Source: TPA_inf: Saccharomyces (taxonomy: Eukaryota). Taken from it: 64,000 nucleotides of DNA. Location of the stretch: positions 498,644 through 562,643 of the forward strand of contig BK006934.2 of NCBI GenBank assembly GCA_000146045.2, in the 5' to 3' direction. The stretch's first letter is position 1; each line of letters begins with the position of its first letter. Position numbers and translations under genes: made by a program. Under the pieces are notes generated by a model. The model searched no databases. It saw only the letters and a list, made by a program, of their open reading frames with translations, and had not been told where the DNA came from. Positions 61,530 to 64,000 of the stretch are shown here, in pieces.

Positions 61530-63404
61530 ATGGACTTGAATCAAAGAAAGGAAAAAAAGGGCCAGCATGTTGGATGCTGTGGCTCCAGGACAGACCTGTC
61601 TGCTGACACAGTGGAACTGATAGAAAGAATGGACAGATTGGCTGAAAATCAGGCGACAGCTTCCATGTCGATCGTTGCGTTACCGTCTAGCTTCCAGGAG
61701 AGCAATAGCAGTGACAGGTGCAGAAAGTATTGCAGCAGTGATGAGGACAGCGACACGTGCATTCATGGTAGTGCTAATGCCAGTACCAATGCGACTACCA
61801 ACTCCAGCACTAATGCTACTACCACTGCCAGCATCAACGTCAGGACTAGTGCGACTACCACTGCCAGCATCAACGTCAGGACTAGTGCGACTACCACTGA
61901 AAGTACCAACTCCAACACTAATGCTACTACCACTGAAAGTACCAACTCCAGCACTAATGCTACTACCACTGCCAGCATCAACGTCAGGACTAGTGCGACT
62001 ACCACTGAAAGTACCAACTCCAACACTAGTGCTACTACCACCGAAAGTACCGACTCCAACACTAGTGCTACTACCACCGAAAGTACCGACTCCAACACTA
62101 GTGCTACTACCACTGCTAGCACCAACTCCAGCACTAATGCCACTACCACTGCTAGCACCAACTCCAGCACTAATGCCACTACCACTGAAAGTACCAACGC
62201 TAGTGCCAAGGAGGACGCCAATAAAGATGGCAATGCTGAGGATAATAGATTCCATCCAGTCACCGACATTAACAAAGAGTCGTATAAGCGGAAAGGGAGT
62301 CAAATGGTTTTGCTAGAGAGAAAGAAACTGAAAGCACAATTTCCCAATACTTCCGAGAATATGAATGTCTTACAGTTTCTTGGATTTCGGTCTGACGAAA
62401 TTAAACATCTTTTCCTCTATGGTATTGACATATACTTCTGCCCAGAGGGAGTATTCACACAATACGGATTATGCAAGGGCTGTCAAAAGATGTTCGAGCT
62501 CTGTGTCTGTTGGGCTGGCCAGAAAGTATCGTATCGGAGGATGGCTTGGGAAGCACTAGCTGTGGAGAGAATGCTGCGAAATGACGAGGAATACAAAGAA
62601 TACTTGGAAGACATCGAGCCATATCATGGGGACCCTGTAGGGTATTTGAAATTTTTTAGCGTAAAAAGGGGAGAGATCTACTCTCAGATACAGAGAAATT
62701 ATGCTTGGTACCTGGCCATTACTAGAAGAAGAGAAACAATTAGTGTATTGGATTCGACAAGAGGCAAGCAAGGGAGCCAAGTTTTCCGCATGTCTGGAAG
62801 GCAGATCAAAGAGTTGTATTATAAAGTATGGAGCAACTTGCGTGAATCGAAGACAGAGGTGCTGCAGTACTTTTTGAACTGGGACGAAAAAAAGTGCCGG
62901 GAAGAATGGGAGGCAAAAGACGATACGGTCTTTGTGGAAGCGCTCGAGAAAGTTGGAGTTTTTCAGCGTTTGCGTTCCATGACGAGCGCTGGACTGCAGG
63001 GTCCGCAGTACGTCAAGCTGCAGTTTAGCAGGCATCATCGACAGTTGAGGAGCAGATATGAATTAAGTCTAGGAATGCACTTGCGAGATCAGCTTGCGCT
63101 GGGAGTTACCCCATCTAAAGTGCCGCATTGGACGGCATTCCTGTCGATGCTGATAGGGCTGTTCTACAATAAAACATTTCGGCAGAAACTGGAATATCTT
63201 TTGGAGCAGATTTCGGAGGTGTGGTTGTTACCACATTGGGTTGATTTGGCAAACGTTGAAGTTCTCGCTGCAGATAACACGAGGGTACCGCTGTACATGC
63301 TGATGGTAGCGGTTCACAAAGAGCTGGATAGCGATGATGTTCCAGACGGTAGATTTGATATAATATTACTATGTAGAGATTCGAGCAGAGAAGTTGGAGA
63401 GTGA
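61530..63404 (+). CDS. YHR219W, a 624-aa C-terminal fragment of the Y' helicase-like protein
   Basis: ATG at 61530, [35 protein letters not shown]... The reading frame differs from the upstream helicase fragments 60049-61281 and 61154-61606. Confidence 0.75.
61775..62210 (+). repeat. Y' internal 36-bp (12-aa) tandem repeat array of about 12 units
   Basis: Units encode [12 protein letters not shown] / [12 protein letters not shown] / [12 protein letters not shown] / [12 protein letters not shown]. Both strands give long spurious ORFs across it (61675-62316 +, 61680-62303 -, 61763-62275 -). Confidence 0.9.
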
Positions 63405-63813
63405 AGGAAATTGTTGTTACGAAAGTCAGTGATTATGTATTGTGTAGTATAGTATATTGTAAGAAATTTTTTTTTCTAGGGAATATGCGTTTTGATGTAG
63501 TAGTATTTCACTGTTTTGATTTAGTGTTTGTTGCACGGCAGTAGCGAGAGACAAGTGGGAAAGAGTAGGATAAAAAGACAATCTATAAAAAGTAAACATA
63601 AAATAAAGGTAGTAAGTAGCTTTTGGTTGAACATCCGGGTAAGAGACAACAGGGCTTGGAGGAGACGTACATGAGGGCTATTTAGGGCTATTTAGGGCTA
63701 TGTAGAAGTGCTGTAGGGCTAAAGAACAGGGTTTCATTTTCATTTTTTTTTTTTAATTTCGGTCAGAAAGCCGGGTAAGGAGTGACAGCGAGAGTAAAGA
63801 TAGATGTGAAAAG

Positions 63814-64000
63814 TGTGGGTGTGGTGTGTGGGTGTGGGTGTGTGTGTGGGTGTGGTGTGTGGGTGTGGGTGTGGGTGTGGGTGTGGTGTGGGTGTGGTGT
63901 GTGGGTGTGGTGTGTGGGTGTGGTGTGGGTGTGGTGTGGTGTGTGGGTGTGTGGGTGTGGTGTGGTGTGTGGGTGTGGTGTGGGTGTGGTGTGTGTGTGG
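63814..64000. repeat. Terminal TG1-3 telomeric repeats at the chromosome end
   Basis: (TG)1-3 GTGTGGGTGTGG-type degenerate repeat running to the last base of the window. Confidence 0.92.

Larger units (their letters stand above)
58343..63813 (+). repeat. Y' subtelomeric element of about 5.5 kb, carrying a degenerate Y'-Help1/YRF1-type helicase ORF
   Basis: It is bounded by the internal and terminal TG1-3 tracts. Inside are helicase fragments with a Walker A motif (APPGYGKTELF) and a DExH-like motif (LIVDEFHNFE). The C-terminal region matches the Y' helicase end ...[19 protein letters not shown]. Confidence 0.8.

Noticed and set aside
61675-62316. The 213-aa, 207-aa and 170-aa ORFs on both strands over the Y' region.
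   Set aside because: They are read-through of the 36-bp minisatellite in alternative frames. The real coding frame is that of YHR219W.

Overview
This window reads as the terminal ~64 kb of a Saccharomyces cerevisiae chromosome right arm. The gene order and protein sequences match my memory of chromosome VIII-R. The window ends inside the terminal TG1-3 telomere tract. All identifications were made by eye from the translated ORFs and the raw sequence; no database search was run. Reading left to right, and going by protein identity: RPN10, PPX1 (minus strand), YHR202W (metallophosphoesterase-like), the intron-containing RPS4B (minus strand), MNL1/HTM1, SCH9, SKN7, SET5 (minus strand), BAT1, CRG1 and YHR210C (aldose-1-epimerase-like, minus strand). 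A 3.6-kb gene-free promoter precedes the flocculin gene FLO5, which contains eight copies of a 135-bp repeat. Downstream of FLO5 the sequence becomes a subtelomeric accessory region: a strongly decayed flocculin relic, a second flocculin pseudogene (YHR213W-B/YHR213W), and a GPI cell-wall-protein-like gene split by a single in-frame TAA (YHR214W). Next comes a full-length Ty1 retrotransposon on the minus strand, with 332-bp LTRs, an AAACG target-site duplication and an unusual 114-bp tandem duplication inside TYA. PHO12 and IMD2 follow. The window closes with an X element, an interstitial TG1-3 tract, a degenerate Y' element whose helicase ORF is broken into the YHR218W and YHR219W fragments and carries a 36-bp repeat array, and the terminal TG1-3 telomere repeats. 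I found no prokaryotic-type system, CRISPR array or RNA gene; I searched the Ty1 flanks specifically for tRNA genes and saw none. The most novel-looking signal is a head-to-tail series of three flocculin units spaced 6.3 to 7 kb apart, in progressively worse condition. Each unit is preceded by a copy of the same ~220-bp upstream block, and the middle unit is to my knowledge not annotated. Most other observations are recognisable features of well-studied yeast biology.
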